A DNA stretch of 64,000 nt from Atribacterota bacterium. GTDB taxonomy: Bacteria > Atribacterota > Phoenicimicrobiia > Phoenicimicrobiales > Stramentimicrobiaceae. The stretch spans positions 672,001 through 736,000 of the forward strand of contig JAXGNR010000004.1 in the NCBI GenBank assembly GCA_040767965.1, written 5' to 3'. Below the pieces are notes generated by a model. It was not told the origin of the DNA. It worked only from the letters and a program-made list of their open reading frames with translations, and did no database searches. Every line of letters begins with the position of its first letter. Within the stretch, counting starts at the first letter, position 1. The position numbers and the translations under genes are program-made. Shown piece by piece: positions 1-10,533 of this stretch.

Positions 1-713
1 ATCCAGTCAAAAGCCTCCTTGAAAGTAACGTTATTCAAGTTAAGGGTAATGTTACCGGTAACAGAGTCATCAGCAACTATATTAACCCCGCTTATCAGAG
101 ATAATGTTCTGATGGCATCAACAACCTCAGTTTCTTTCAGATTTAAAGTGATAGGAACTTTTACCTGGTCAACCAATGAAGGAACATACGATTTTTGTTG
201 CTCTTGAATTTTTCTTATCTCATCAGCATGCAGAGGCTCAACGGTATATACTTGTTTTTCAGGGGCAAAAAATTCTTCATAATCATAAACATTAATTTGC
301 AATAACTGTTTCGTGCTGTCCAGTGCTATTTCATAATTGGTTTTGTCAAATAAATCTATGACAAACCGAACATTATTTTCTTCAAATTGACCGCATCTGA
401 CCTGTTTTACTGATCCCATATTTAAAAAGAGAGTATTTTTCACCAGCTCAATAATATTATAGTCAGCATTTTCAAAATCGATAACAATTCTTTCGGGGTC
501 TCCAACATAAATAGAATTATAGTTTTCAATGGGTTTATCGGCTTTGATAGTTAATCTGGTAAAATTCGGCATTTTTCTATACCAGATATGGGTAATAGTA
601 ATATTGCTTTGGGCAATACATATATCAAATAACATAAAAAATAAAAAAACTATTAAAACTGAAATAGAATAAAATCTAAATATTAAGCCTTTATTTTTTC
701 CATGATTATTCAT
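1..713 (-). CDS. pilQ: Type IV pilus secretin PilQ, N-terminal part (signal peptide, AMIN domain, STN/N0 domain); runs off the window edge
   Basis: Manual translation from ATG at 713: MNNHGKNKGLIFRFYSISVLIVFLFF...PERIVIDFENAD...VRFVIDL...PITLNLKETEVVDAIRTLSLISGVNIVADDSVTGNITLNLNNVTFKEAFDW; open to the edge; follows pilMNOP. Confidence 0.85.
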   Translation of the reverse strand, partial: MNNHGKNKGLIFRFYSISVLIVFLFFMLFDICIAQSNITITHIWYRKMPNFTRLTIKADKPIENYNSIYVGDPERIVIDFENADYNIIELVKNTLFLNMGSVKQVRCGQFEENNVRFVIDLFDKTNYEIALDSTKQLLQINVYDYEEFFAPEKQVYTVEPLHADEIRKIQEQQKSYVPSLVDQVKVPITLNLKETEVVDAIRTLSLISGVNIVADDSVTGNITLNLNNVTFKEAFDW

Positions 714-1371
714 TAGATACTCCCCCACCTCCTAATTGTAGTGTTATATCATAATCATTAATATCAATAATAATTTTCTCTTCCTGAATTGATTTAACAA
801 AATACTTATCTAAAATTAAATCCCCTTGTTTAACTATATAAGTTTCTTTTTCAATTTCCAAAATAGCTAATTTTTCTTCTCCTGCAGCAATCAATCCAGT
901 GAATCTACTTCCAGGAGGCAGTTCCGGCTGAACAAAACGACGAATGTCATCTTCAGACAGTAATTCATCTGCTATTTTTTCTTTTTCAACATCCAGATAA
1001 ACAGTGCTGACTATTCTGCTAAAGGGATTACGGCTGACAGGTGGTTCAAATGGCTCATAGGTAAAAACTTTTGTTTCATAGCTTTCATGTCTTTGTTTAA
1101 CATCTTTTTCAAAGGGTGTTAATTCTACAACTTCAGGAATACCATCGCTGGGTTCTTCTCTAATCTGCTGAGAAAGTGATCTGTTTGAGACATCACCAGC
1201 TATTCTGCTATCAGTGTTCATATTAATATTGTTATTATCTGCAGCCTGTTCACTTGACCAGGGCAAAAAGTTAGTTATGGAAGATAATAATTCCGGAGCA
1301 AACCAGGCAATGGCAGTAATAATTGCCAGCACTATAAGTATTACTAATAAAACACGATTTACCTTGCTCAA
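706..1371 (-). CDS. pilP: PilP-like pilus assembly protein
   Basis: N-terminal TM, RNPF motif, C-terminal beta domain (FTGLIAAGEEKLAILEIEKETYIVKQGD); lies between pilO and pilQ. Confidence 0.65.
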   Translation of the reverse strand: MSKVNRVLLVILIVLAIITAIAWFAPELLSSITNFLPWSSEQAADNNNINMNTDSRIAGDVSNRSLSQQIREEPSDGIPEVVELTPFEKDVKQRHESYETKVFTYEPFEPPVSRNPFSRIVSTVYLDVEKEKIADELLSEDDIRRFVQPELPPGSRFTGLIAAGEEKLAILEIEKETYIVKQGDLILDKYFVKSIQEEKIIIDINDYDITLQLGGGGVSNE

Positions 1372-1372
1372 T

Positions 1373-1927
1373 TTAATTATTTCCTTTCATCAGGACATAA
1401 GTGAACATGTTCATAGACACATTAACGATTTCATTATTTTCACCTGTGGGGTTAAGTCTTAAATCTCTAACATCAACAATTCTGGGGAAATTTTCCAATC
1501 TGTCCAAAAATTTTATCATTTCATTATAACTGGCAGTATATGTTAGGGTAATGGGTAATCTTGCAAAAATAGCATCCCTGTCTTGTGATAAATTTTGAGG
1601 TGAAAAATTAGAAAAATCAATATTGAATTCATCCATTGTTTCCTGCAAAAGAACCAGAAAATCAGGAATGTCTTTTTCTTTAGGTAATAAAACTTCCATA
1701 AAAGCAAGTCTTTCCGTAAGTTCCTGATATTCAATTCTTAATTCATCAAGGCGGGCAACTATCCTTCTGCCTTCTTCAATTCTTGTGTTAAGAGAGCTGA
1801 TTTGCTGATCCAGAGCATCAATTCTGGCTTTTCTTGGCTGATATATAAAAGAATAATTAATATAAGCAAAAGCAATTAAAAAAACTACCAGTAGTATTAT
1901 TTTTGTTCTTTTATTAATTTTTGGCAA
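1373..1927 (-). CDS. pilO: Type IV pilus assembly protein PilO
   Basis: TM plus coiled coil, LLPKEKDIPDFL, FLDRLENFPRIVDV. Confidence 0.9.
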   Translation of the reverse strand: MPKINKRTKIILLVVFLIAFAYINYSFIYQPRKARIDALDQQISSLNTRIEEGRRIVARLDELRIEYQELTERLAFMEVLLPKEKDIPDFLVLLQETMDEFNIDFSNFSPQNLSQDRDAIFARLPITLTYTASYNEMIKFLDRLENFPRIVDVRDLRLNPTGENNEIVNVSMNMFTYVLMKGNN

Positions 1928-1950
1928 ACTATTTCCCTCTATTTCAAATT

Positions 1951-2544
1951 TTAATTAAAAGGTCTAAAAGGAATAAAAACACCGGATAACTGAAAATTAA
2001 CAGTATCAAGACTTTGGTCTATTTCAGGAATTCTGGTACTCTGTTTTCTGATATATTGCAACTCAATGGCATCAAACCTCTCATGGTCCTTCAAAGTGTT
2101 CATATATTGAGCAACTAAATAGTTGTTAAAAGTGTTGGCAGAGAAGTTAAAAGTCTGATTAGCGTTAAGAGTCAGGTTATTAAGCCACACTTCAGCTAAT
2201 GTTGTTTCACTGAAATCTCCCAATACCCTGGTAAATCTTGATTGATTTTTAATTAGACTTTCAATAACCTTAACTCTTTCATCCAGTTCTGCTTTATCTC
2301 TTTCCAGATTTCTCACTTCCTGAATAACTGAGTTTATGGAAGCAAGCTGGACTTCTAAAATTTTCACTTGTATTTCTTTTGTGTATATTTTATTTTCCAG
2401 TGAATAATACAAAAATATTGAACCGGCAAAAAGAATCAGAATAAAAGCAGTTAACAAAATTCTGGATAGATTGTATTTTTCTTTTTCTCTGTATTCATCT
2501 GGTAAAAGGTTTATGTCTCGTATAATATTTTTGTTTTTTGCCAT
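1951..2544 (-). CDS. pilN: Type IV pilus assembly protein PilN
   Basis: INLLP motif, TM, coiled coil, VWLNNL. Confidence 0.9.
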   Translation of the reverse strand: MAKNKNIIRDINLLPDEYREKEKYNLSRILLTAFILILFAGSIFLYYSLENKIYTKEIQVKILEVQLASINSVIQEVRNLERDKAELDERVKVIESLIKNQSRFTRVLGDFSETTLAEVWLNNLTLNANQTFNFSANTFNNYLVAQYMNTLKDHERFDAIELQYIRKQSTRIPEIDQSLDTVNFQLSGVFIPFRPFN

Positions 2545-2550
2545 TCTTCT

Positions 2551-3687
2551 TTACCTTTCTCTTTTTGCCAAACCAATGGCATTAGCAAGACTACTTTTAT
2601 ACTTTTCCAGGTTATCCAGATTTATATTGTTATTTATTGTAATGTCTTTTAAAGGATTTGCTTTGACAACGGTAATTCTGAATTGCTGTTTCAGCAGCTG
2701 GCCTAAATTGCTCATTGCTGCCATTCCTCCGGTTAAAATAATTCTTTGATATGATACATTCTGGTATTGTGTTTTATAATAATTGAGGGATTTTCTTATT
2801 TCATTAAAAATGTCTGTAACTCCTTCATTGATTAAGCTAATTAGGATTTCCTTTTCGGGAATAATATCTTCTTCATTAACTTTTTTGATATCTTCCTTTT
2901 CAATATCCTGTTCTTCTGTTTCATTTGTTTCAATCTCATCTAAGGCAGGAGTTATTGTAACACCAATTTTTCTTTTCAGGATTTCGGCTTCATTGAAGTT
3001 TATTTCCAGCTTTTTAGCAATTGCTTCTGTAATATCATTTCCTCCTTTAAGAATGGTGCGGGTAAATTTTAACCTATCTCCTTCAATTAATGTTATTTCA
3101 GTGGTGGTTGCACCCATAGAGATAATTATATCTATTTTAGTTTCCTGATCATCAACAGAGACAGGGATTAAGTAATCCTGGAAAGCTCTTATCTGGGCAT
3201 TGGCAATAATATCTACTACTTTTGGTTGAATTCTATTTTTTCTGATAATATCAATCTGCTGTGATACCAGAGTTTTAGGGGCTGCAACAAGAAGAACTCT
3301 CATCATCTTATTGCCTTCTCTTTCTTCAAGTTCTTCTATAATTTTCGCATCGAGCAGAGATTCTTTCAGATCATAGGGAACATACTTGGGGGCTTCCCAT
3401 TGAATACCGTCAATTAATTCTTTTTCATTCATAAGCGGTGTGGTAATTTCTCTTACTATAACTTTTTGTCCGGTAATGCCGATAATACCATTTTTTTCCC
3501 GAATTCCTTTTTTCCTAAGCATTTTCATCAATGCCTCTGAAACAGCATCAGCATCTTTTATCTCACCGTGTTTTATGCTATCAGGCGGAGTTAAAACAAG
3601 ACCGAAGTTTTCCAGTTTAAAACTATTACCTGTTCTTACCAGATGAACTGCCTTGATTGAACGTGCTCCAAAATCAATTGCCAGCAT
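2551..3687 (-). CDS. pilM: Type IV pilus assembly protein PilM (actin-like)
   Basis: MLAIDFGARSIK, IILTGGMA, AIGLAKR; likely ATG at 3687 after a GGAAGGGG RBS. Confidence 0.92.
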   Translation of the reverse strand: MLAIDFGARSIKAVHLVRTGNSFKLENFGLVLTPPDSIKHGEIKDADAVSEALMKMLRKKGIREKNGIIGITGQKVIVREITTPLMNEKELIDGIQWEAPKYVPYDLKESLLDAKIIEELEEREGNKMMRVLLVAAPKTLVSQQIDIIRKNRIQPKVVDIIANAQIRAFQDYLIPVSVDDQETKIDIIISMGATTTEITLIEGDRLKFTRTILKGGNDITEAIAKKLEINFNEAEILKRKIGVTITPALDEIETNETEEQDIEKEDIKKVNEEDIIPEKEILISLINEGVTDIFNEIRKSLNYYKTQYQNVSYQRIILTGGMAAMSNLGQLLKQQFRITVVKANPLKDITINNNINLDNLEKYKSSLANAIGLAKRER

Positions 3688-3802
3688 TTTTGCCCCTTCC
3701 AAAAATATAGCTTAAATAATAAATTAAACGGTTGTATAAAAAAATTATATTATCTTTTATAAAAATAGTAATATTTTTTGTTTTAATTATATATAATAAA
3801 TT

Positions 3803-3840
3803 ATAAATTAGCAATCATTTTATATGAATTGCTAATTTAT
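3803..3840. terminator. 13-bp inverted repeat, possible terminator between the minor pilin genes and pilM
   Basis: ataaattagcaat-N12-attgctaatttat. Confidence 0.4.
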
Positions 3841-3933
3841 CTATAGAATTATAAGTTATCTGTATTTCTTATATTAAAGAAACAGGAAATCCATACTTGT
3901 ATGTTAAAAAGGTTTATCAATCTTTTTAACTTC

Positions 3934-5112
3934 CTATAGTTCTCTCCAGGAGACTTTTTTCCATACTTCTATGCCTGTACCTACAACAATTTCTTCCTGT
4001 AATCCTTTGTCGTAAACAATTTCTACATTTCCATTTACTTTGACATATGGGGCAACGACAGCTCCCAAATTTACATCTACATTACCATGTAAATCTATAG
4101 TTGAATTTGATTGAAATATACCTTCACCGTGAACAGTGCCATGACCGGTAATACTGCCAATGGCAACCAGTGACAAAGGGTTATCCCAATCATCTGAGTG
4201 TTCAACAAAAAGCTCAGTATTGCCTTGAAATTCAATAGAGCCGGTTACAAAAATTGCACCATCATTTACAATGATTTCACTTGCCGGTGGTTTTATTGTT
4301 AAATCTCCGTCAATATAATGGAATCCTTCTAAAACACGATCACTATCAAAAACTTGATCTCCATTGTAAACTGTTCCAGATTCACTAGCTTTATTGTAAT
4401 AGTAATTAAAATCAATAAATGGTATAGGTTGAGTGGGCTGACTAATTCCCTCCATATGAGCACTTATCTCGCCGGTTGCTGAAAGAGTTCCATTTGTTAG
4501 ATCAAATGCGGCACCACTAATGTCTACATCGCCATTACTATGAATGTCTCCATTTACATGTACAGAACCAAGAATGTTAACAAAACTATCAGCAAGTATA
4601 GCATAATTATAAGATAATGAATTGTTTTGGATTGTTCCTTTTCTTAGTTTTACCTCGATAGTTCTACTGCCATCATTGTACATACTTGAGTTATCTACAA
4701 TACCAGTTGATTCGAAGGTAATCTCTATTGCTTTACCGTCTTCATAATCTGATTCAAATACATATACTTCAAAATATTCAGTATTACTTTCCCTGTCTTC
4801 AGGGGATGGCCATGGATTTTCAGTAAGTTCACCATCAGAATCATACTTTGGTACTCTCCAATTAATTCCTTGCAGATTACTTTGAGATATATTCATAAAC
4901 CATAATGCTTTTTCTATGCCTGTTTCAGCGAGATAAAAAGCTCTGTTTGATTCTCTCTGCAAGGTAGACAGCTTTGAATCATTGCTAGCCATTGTTAATA
5001 AGGCGATACCAATGCTGCCAAGCACAAACACAATTATTAAAGTTGCTATTAACGCCATGCCTTTTTCTTTATTTCTTTTAGATTTATTGCTAATCATAAT
5101 GTTTTTTTTCAT
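3934..5112 (-). CDS. PilX-like minor pilin (no Glu5) with a large C-terminal Gly/Asn-rich beta-repeat domain
   Basis: KEKG|MALIATLIIVFVL...RAFYLAETGIEKA is typical of the PilX N-terminus. Confidence 0.75.
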   Translation of the reverse strand: MKKNIMISNKSKRNKEKGMALIATLIIVFVLGSIGIALLTMASNDSKLSTLQRESNRAFYLAETGIEKALWFMNISQSNLQGINWRVPKYDSDGELTENPWPSPEDRESNTEYFEVYVFESDYEDGKAIEITFESTGIVDNSSMYNDGSRTIEVKLRKGTIQNNSLSYNYAILADSFVNILGSVHVNGDIHSNGDVDISGAAFDLTNGTLSATGEISAHMEGISQPTQPIPFIDFNYYYNKASESGTVYNGDQVFDSDRVLEGFHYIDGDLTIKPPASEIIVNDGAIFVTGSIEFQGNTELFVEHSDDWDNPLSLVAIGSITGHGTVHGEGIFQSNSTIDLHGNVDVNLGAVVAPYVKVNGNVEIVYDKGLQEEIVVGTGIEVWKKVSWREL

Positions 5113-5159
5113 TATTTATCACCTCGAACACTTCAAAATAGTAAGCACAATTAATCCTC

Positions 5160-5696
5160 TTAGTCTGTCAACATGAAGTTTCTTAAATTAACTTTTGATT
5201 CAAGAACAGTATCAGAATTTCCATCACTATCAACATCCATTGCAAGATATATTACAACTATAGATATTTTAGTGCTATCTGGTGGATCAACAACCAATCC
5301 ATTATTATCATAATAAGAAAAAGAAAAAGCTGATACATTTTTAAGCAAAGATGCGCTTCCTTCTTTAATTTCTTTGTCAGCTCCACTATAAGAATATGTT
5401 ATATGTTGATTTTTGTTTGGATTGAAAAAAAATATTTCACTTATGTTTGATGAATTAATATATGTTCCATCATCAACATAACGCGCCTCTCTTATCTCTC
5501 TTACCATTCTATCCATTACCTGCCTTGCTTCTCTTTGAGCTTTTAACTGGTTTTGTCCGGAAACCCATGAACGGATGCCGCCAGAAAAGAGGGAAACTAA
5601 TCCTAATATAATAATGGATAAAACAGCCAAAACTACCATCATTTCAATAAGTGTAAGACCTTTATTGTTTATTTTTTTTCTTATTATTTTTATCAT
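5160..5696 (-). CDS. Minor pilin (PilW-like) with prepilin N-methylation motif
   Basis: NKG|LTLIEMMVVLAVL; ARQVMDRMVREIREA; ends KVNLRN. Confidence 0.8.
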   Translation of the reverse strand: MIKIIRKKINNKGLTLIEMMVVLAVLSIIILGLVSLFSGGIRSWVSGQNQLKAQREARQVMDRMVREIREARYVDDGTYINSSNISEIFFFNPNKNQHITYSYSGADKEIKEGSASLLKNVSAFSFSYYDNNGLVVDPPDSTKISIVVIYLAMDVDSDGNSDTVLESKVNLRNFMLTD

Positions 5697-5727
5697 TTTT
5701 ATTTTTTCTTTTTACTTTTTTATATGT

Positions 5728-8172
5728 TTAATTTGAAATCATAAAACTAATTATTGATATTTATTATCCCAAAATCATAATATTGATTTTCACATTCCGG
5801 ATTTACTATTGTCGTAAGTAGCACTTTATTAATATTATGATTAAGCATGGTAGGTAATTTTGTATTCTTCCCTTGATATAAAGTATAGGCAACAGGTAAT
5901 TGTACTAAAATCACCACTACCTACATTTGTATAAACAGTTTCATCGTTTATTTGAATTACTTCAATTCTGGAAGAGGAGTTATAGGTTATTTTTAGATTA
6001 TAAAGTTAAATCCCCACCAACTATTATTGAAACATAATCTAAAACTATATTCCCGAGTGCAGACTAACACTGCTTTCATCAAGGTCTATTTCAAAGAATT
6101 CCCAATATTAACACCAATTACCAGATCATTGTTATTATATATCTCTTTAGATCCAGCCAAAGAAGAAGCAGTAATTTTTACTGTTCCCAGGTTGCATTGT
6201 CCGTGTAAAATAGCAGTTGCTATTCCGTTATTTACATCCACAGAAATACTGCTCCCTGATGAAAATTTGGCACTATTGGCACCTTCTATAATATTGAAAA
6301 TTACTTTACCTAAGTATTCTGTTACTGTTGCATCACTAGAATCTTTTATGGTTGCGGTAATAGTGCAAGAATCATTTTCTTTACCTAAAATATTTATATT
6401 GTTTTCTGAAGTTTTCAATTCAATATAGTCCGCTTCTACATAGAAATTTACTGTTGTTATTCCTGTAATATTTTTAGTACTGGTATAAGAGTTAGCTGTA
6501 ATATTAGCTATTCCTGTATTTTCATCGCTCCTCTTCCAACTAAGTCCAGTCTTGCCATTCAGATAATTGTCTTCAGTATAGGAAACAGTTGTAGTTTGAC
6601 TGCCATTATCAAATACACCCTTACTGTGTTGAAAGTAATAATTTGATCATAGTTAGATACTGTTTTGTTATCGATTGATTTTACAGTTGCGGTAATAGTA
6701 GAAATATCCTCACTGCCCAATTTTATGAATGTTGGATTAGCTTTTACATCAATATAATCAGCAACAAGTGGTTCATTTATAATTATTGTTGTTGTATCTG
6801 TGGTTAAAATATTATCCTGGTCACTTGCCTCAATAACAACCTCTCCGCTGCTATTTGGTGAAGGAGTAAATGTTGAACTACCAGATGTTTGCCCTGGCAA
6901 AATAATTATTTGATCAGTATTGAAAATTCCACTTCCGGAAGATTCAGCAAGTATTGCTAAATTTATAATTATATCTTCATCATATGGATTTGAAACAGTA
7001 AGACCTTTTTCATCCTTTAAAGTACAAGTAATTATAGATGATTCATAATCAAATATTGTAGCCGGGTATGCTGAAATATTTATAGCCGAAACCTCTCCGG
7101 CTATAAATATTTGCATACTTCCGGAAAAAAGATCTGTTGAACTACCAGTAATTATGTCGGAACCTGGATAACTGTCAGCAGTGTATACAATTTCTGCTCT
7201 TCCAAACTCATCGGTTTCCATTGAAAGAGGTGCAATAGTACTTTCTCCTTCTCCTTCTATACTGAAATTGATTGTTATTGGATAATCTGTAAATATTTCA
7301 TTATTTGCTCTTAATATGTAGCCGACAATATATATTTCATCTTCTGTTTCCACCGTCACAGGAGAATTAAGCTCATCTATGGAATCAAATTCACGTGCTT
7401 TTAGTGAAACTCTTACTGGTCCAGGTGTAAGCATAATCTGAACTTCATCAAAACCGAGCTCCGGATTGTCCAATACAGAGGCTCTAATGGTTACATATTC
7501 TATTTGATTATTTTCTATAAGTTCTGAGGCGTTTGAAAAAAACGTACATTTTGCTAAACCATTTTCTGTAGTTACTGTTTTTTTAATAATAGTCTCTGTA
7601 TCCAAATATCCATATTCCCAATTAACAGTAATTTCAAACTCAATATCCCCTTCCCAATAGTTAACTGTATTTCCTTTGGAATCTTTTATAACCGCAGTTA
7701 GCTCTGTATAATCGTCTATTGGATATAATACATTATAAGGATAAACATATAAGATAATTTTTTCAGCATCCCCAGGTAAAAATTCCATTTTTGTTAATAA
7801 TGTAGAAGCAGAAGTTTTTTCTTCCCTATCCCTGCCTTGCCAATAAACCACTACTGTCACTTCTTTCTGAGTTGGGTTTACTTCATTGTTAGGAATAACA
7901 ACAACTTCTCTTTCATATTTATCAGATCCTAAAATTGAACTTCTTATAACATCATCAACTTTATCAAAATCCATGTTTTTTATTTCTTCTAATGTCTGCC
8001 TTACATAATTTACAGCTTCTGTTCGTTCTCTGGATTCAGCCATGCTCATAAATCCTGTTGTAAATGCCTGGAAAATACCTAAAGCAGCCAATGCCAGTAT
8101 AGCAACTGCTACCATTAATTCAATTAAAGTTAAACCTTTTTGGTTTCGAGCTATTTTATTTATTTGTAACAT
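5728..8172 (-). CDS. Large PilV-like minor pilin with tandem bacterial Ig-like domains (~800 aa); broken by frameshifts near 6625 and 6090-5750
   Basis: QKG|LTLIELMVAVAIL; repeated STITATV/CTITATIKD..G..V motifs; the frame continues into ORF 6086-6418 and beyond after single-base shifts; 3' end approximate. Confidence 0.7.
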
Positions 8173-8325
8173 TTTGGGAATACCTCCCTGCTTTCAAAGT
8201 AGGTAATGCTTGCTAGTACAGTTTCAGTTTTTCATTTACTTTTTTGATATATTTAAATTAATATTTTTTTGTTTCCTCTGTCTATTATAAATACTTTTGC
8301 CATTTTTTAAAATAATAATTATTTT

Positions 8326-8539
8326 TTCCACCCCCACATTTATCCTCCCATCAAGGGGAGGAAGTGAAAGGTTTTATCCTTCCACCAAGGAAAAAAATAA
8401 CTCTTCATCGGGGGGAGGATAATAAAAAAACTAAATCTTCCTTTAATGGGGAAGAAATGAGAAAAGTTAAATCTCTCCATCAAAGAAAAAGATTCAAAAA
8501 AGTTACATCTCTCCTCAAAGGGAGGAAATTGAAAAAGTT
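8326..8539. repeat. Hairpin tandem array A1 (~6 units of ~36 bp)
   Basis: Head cacccccacatttatcctcccatcaaggggagga followed by degenerate TAAATC-pyrimidine arm-TCAA-purine arm-A-rich linker units. Confidence 0.8.
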
Positions 8540-8592
8540 GTCATTGCGAGCCTGCCCTTAACTACTGTTAAGAGATAGGCGTGGCAATCTCA
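8540..8592 (+). repeat. REP/RPE-like palindromic element, left copy
   Basis: gtcattgcgag...cgtggcaatctca; reverse complement of the 10851-10885 element at both ends. Confidence 0.7.
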
Positions 8593-8726
8593 TCCATTTA
8601 TTCCCAAAGTATTCAGGGTATACATTAAATAAGTTTGCATATAATATTGTTAACTTTCAATAAATCTCACCACATTTACTACATACTACATGCTCGATAC
8701 CCGATACTGATTACACTTCGCAAAAC

Positions 8727-9202
8727 CTACCAATTTGCCGGCGGTGTAGTGCTAATGCGTATTCTTCCTGTTACCGGGGTCATGATTACATATAATGTTT
8801 TATTTCCGCCAGTTTTTAAGGTAACAGTTCCTCCCATGCTGGGAGTTCCTTTTTTATTAAAGTACACTTTATTGCTGGTAAAATTTGTATAGTGTAAATT
8901 TATATTGCTCAGCTTGATATCGTGAATCATTTCATCTTCCTCATAAACGCGATACCTGTCAAGAAAGGGTAAAAGTCTATTTTATAATAATTACCTGTAT
9001 ACATAGCCAAGCTCTGGCAATTTTTTAATATTGCTTCAAGCTGGCAGGCTGTTCTGTAAAGGTCTGTATTTGCTTTTGCAATGTAAAGACCTTTAACAGA
9101 AATAATAAATAATATTGAAATGACAGCTGCAATTATTGTTGCTTCAATGAGGGTGTAGCCATGGGAGTTAACAATGTTTTTTCTTTCAGGGATATTTTTC
9201 AT
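8727..9202 (-). CDS. FimT/GspH/ComGD-like minor pilin, split by an apparent frameshift near 8930-8965
   Basis: HG|YTLIEATIIAAV in ORF 8927-9202; YFNKKGTPSMGGTVTL...VTGRIRI in ORF 8727-8930. Confidence 0.75.
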
Positions 9203-9236
9203 CTTTTATTATTTTTATAATGTACTTTTTCTTTAT

Positions 9237-9264
9237 TATTCCCCATTTAACAGGTTTTAGACAA
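9237..9264 (-). promoter_or_regulatory. Candidate SigB/SigF-type promoter for the FimT-like gene
   Basis: Minus strand TTGTCTAAAA-N11-GGGAATA, ~35 nt upstream of the ATG; same motif upstream of pilA. Confidence 0.4.
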
Positions 9265-9287
9265 AAAATATATTATGTTTGCATGGT

Positions 9288-9415
9288 AAATTTACCCCCG
9301 CTTTATCCTCCCCTCAGGGGAGGAGATGGAAAAAGGATAAATCCCTCTTTCAAGGGTTTGGAAATGGGGAAAAATTTAATCCTCTACTCAAGGAAGAGAA
9401 AAATTAATAAGTTTC
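9288..9415. repeat. Hairpin tandem array A2 (~3 units)
   Basis: aatttacccccgctttatcctcccctcaggggagga head plus two degenerate units. Confidence 0.75.
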
Positions 9416-9661
9416 TTCATTTCTTATTTTAATAAACAAGATTTCTATTTCTTTTTGATAGAAGTTAATATGATACCCGATCCGGTAATTTCCTTTTCTT
9501 ATTCTAAAAAACGAAATCCTGCCTTTTTTTATTTTCTTAACTCCTGCTGGTAGTGGATCATTTTTTAGAGTTTGGATCATTTCTGTAATTTTTTTTAATT
9601 CTTTATCTGGTATATTTTGAACATCTTTTTTAATGCTTGCTTTGTATAGTAGTTTATACAC
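9404..9661 (-). CDS. RelE/ParE-family toxin
   Basis: MYKLLYKASIKKDV...DPLPAGVKKIK...FRIRKGNYRIGY; overlaps the upstream antitoxin gene. Confidence 0.85.
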   Translation of the reverse strand: MYKLLYKASIKKDVQNIPDKELKKITEMIQTLKNDPLPAGVKKIKKGRISFFRIRKGNYRIGYHINFYQKEIEILFIKIRNEETY

Positions 9662-9893
9662 TCATTCCTCTGTTTTTAAGGTATTGATCCCATTCTTCTT
9701 CATCTATAGAAGGTTCATTTCTTCTCATCTCAACTGTATGTATATCATCTTCATCTTCTTTTATTTTATTTAATTTCTCTTTAATAGCTTCAGTTACAAA
9801 GTAATTTATAACAATTCCTTTTGATTTGCAGTATTTTCTCAAATCATTTATGACATCTTCCGGAATTCTAGTACCTAAAGAAACTTTATTCAT
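9654..9893 (-). CDS. Ribbon-helix-helix antitoxin
   Basis: MNKVSLGTRIPEDVINDLRKYC..FVTEAIKEKL followed by an acidic C-terminus; RBS GAGGTG before ATG 9893. Confidence 0.75.
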   Translation of the reverse strand: MNKVSLGTRIPEDVINDLRKYCKSKGIVINYFVTEAIKEKLNKIKEDEDDIHTVEMRRNEPSIDEEEWDQYLKNRGMSV

Positions 9894-9905
9894 GAATATC
9901 ACCTC

Positions 9906-9943
9906 TGATAGCATATGATAGCATTAGCTATCATTGATGTCAA
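9906..9943 (-). promoter_or_regulatory. Sigma70 promoter with overlapping operator repeats for the RelBE-like operon
   Basis: Minus strand TTGACA-17-TATCAT with extended TG; TGATAGC at 9906 and 9916, inverted GCTATCA at 9927. Confidence 0.75.
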
Positions 9944-9963
9944 GGTAAGATACTCCGTCTTCC

Positions 9964-10280
9964 AATTCACCCCCACCTTTATCCTCCCCCCTCAAGGGGG
10001 AGGAAATGGGAAAAGGTTTTTTCTCCCGTCAAGAGGGAGGATAATAAAAAAGAAAAATCTTCCTTCAAGGAGAATAAGATTGAGAAAGATTAAATTCTCT
10101 CTTTAATGAGGGGAGAAAATTGAGAAAGAATAAATCTCCCCTTCAAGGGAGGATAATATTGGAAAAGTTTTAATCCTTTTCTCAGGGAGGAAGAAAACAA
10201 AAAATTAAATATTCCTCTGAAAGTTAGAGAAATAAAAAAGAGTAAATCTTTTCCTTGATAAGGAGGAAGAGGGAAAATTG
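9964..10280. repeat. Hairpin tandem array A3 (~8 units of 36-40 bp)
   Basis: aattcacccccacctttatcctccccctcaagggggagga head; units start near 9978, 10017, 10054, 10091, 10131, 10170, 10206, 10243. Confidence 0.85.
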
Positions 10281-10317
10281 CTTATGTTATATAAGCATGC
10301 TTGATACAATTTTATAA

Positions 10318-10533
10318 CTATACCAGATTCTTTAATTCTTCAATTGTAATATCAGCTTTTTTAATAATTGAATTTAAAGTGCCTTTTCTGATTTCCTTAT
10401 GATTAGGAACAATTAATGAAATATTTTTTTCAGGATTATGTAAGAAGATATGGCTACCTCTTTGGTGATCAATGATAAAGCCAATGCGATGAAGTGCCTT
10501 GACTAATTCCCGCCCTGAGAATACTTTGCTCAT
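10318..10533 (-). CDS. hicA: HicA-family toxin
   Basis: [14 protein letters not shown]...[19 protein letters not shown]. Confidence 0.92.
   Translation of the reverse strand: MSKVFSGRELVKALHRIGFIIDHQRGSHIFLHNPEKNISLIVPNHKEIRKGTLNSIIKKADITIEELKNLV

Noticed and set aside
8364-10106. Plus-strand basic ORFs 8364-8561, 9220-9432 and 9915-10106
   Set aside because: They are translations of the purine-rich repeat arrays; unit lengths are not consistently multiples of three and no RBS is evident
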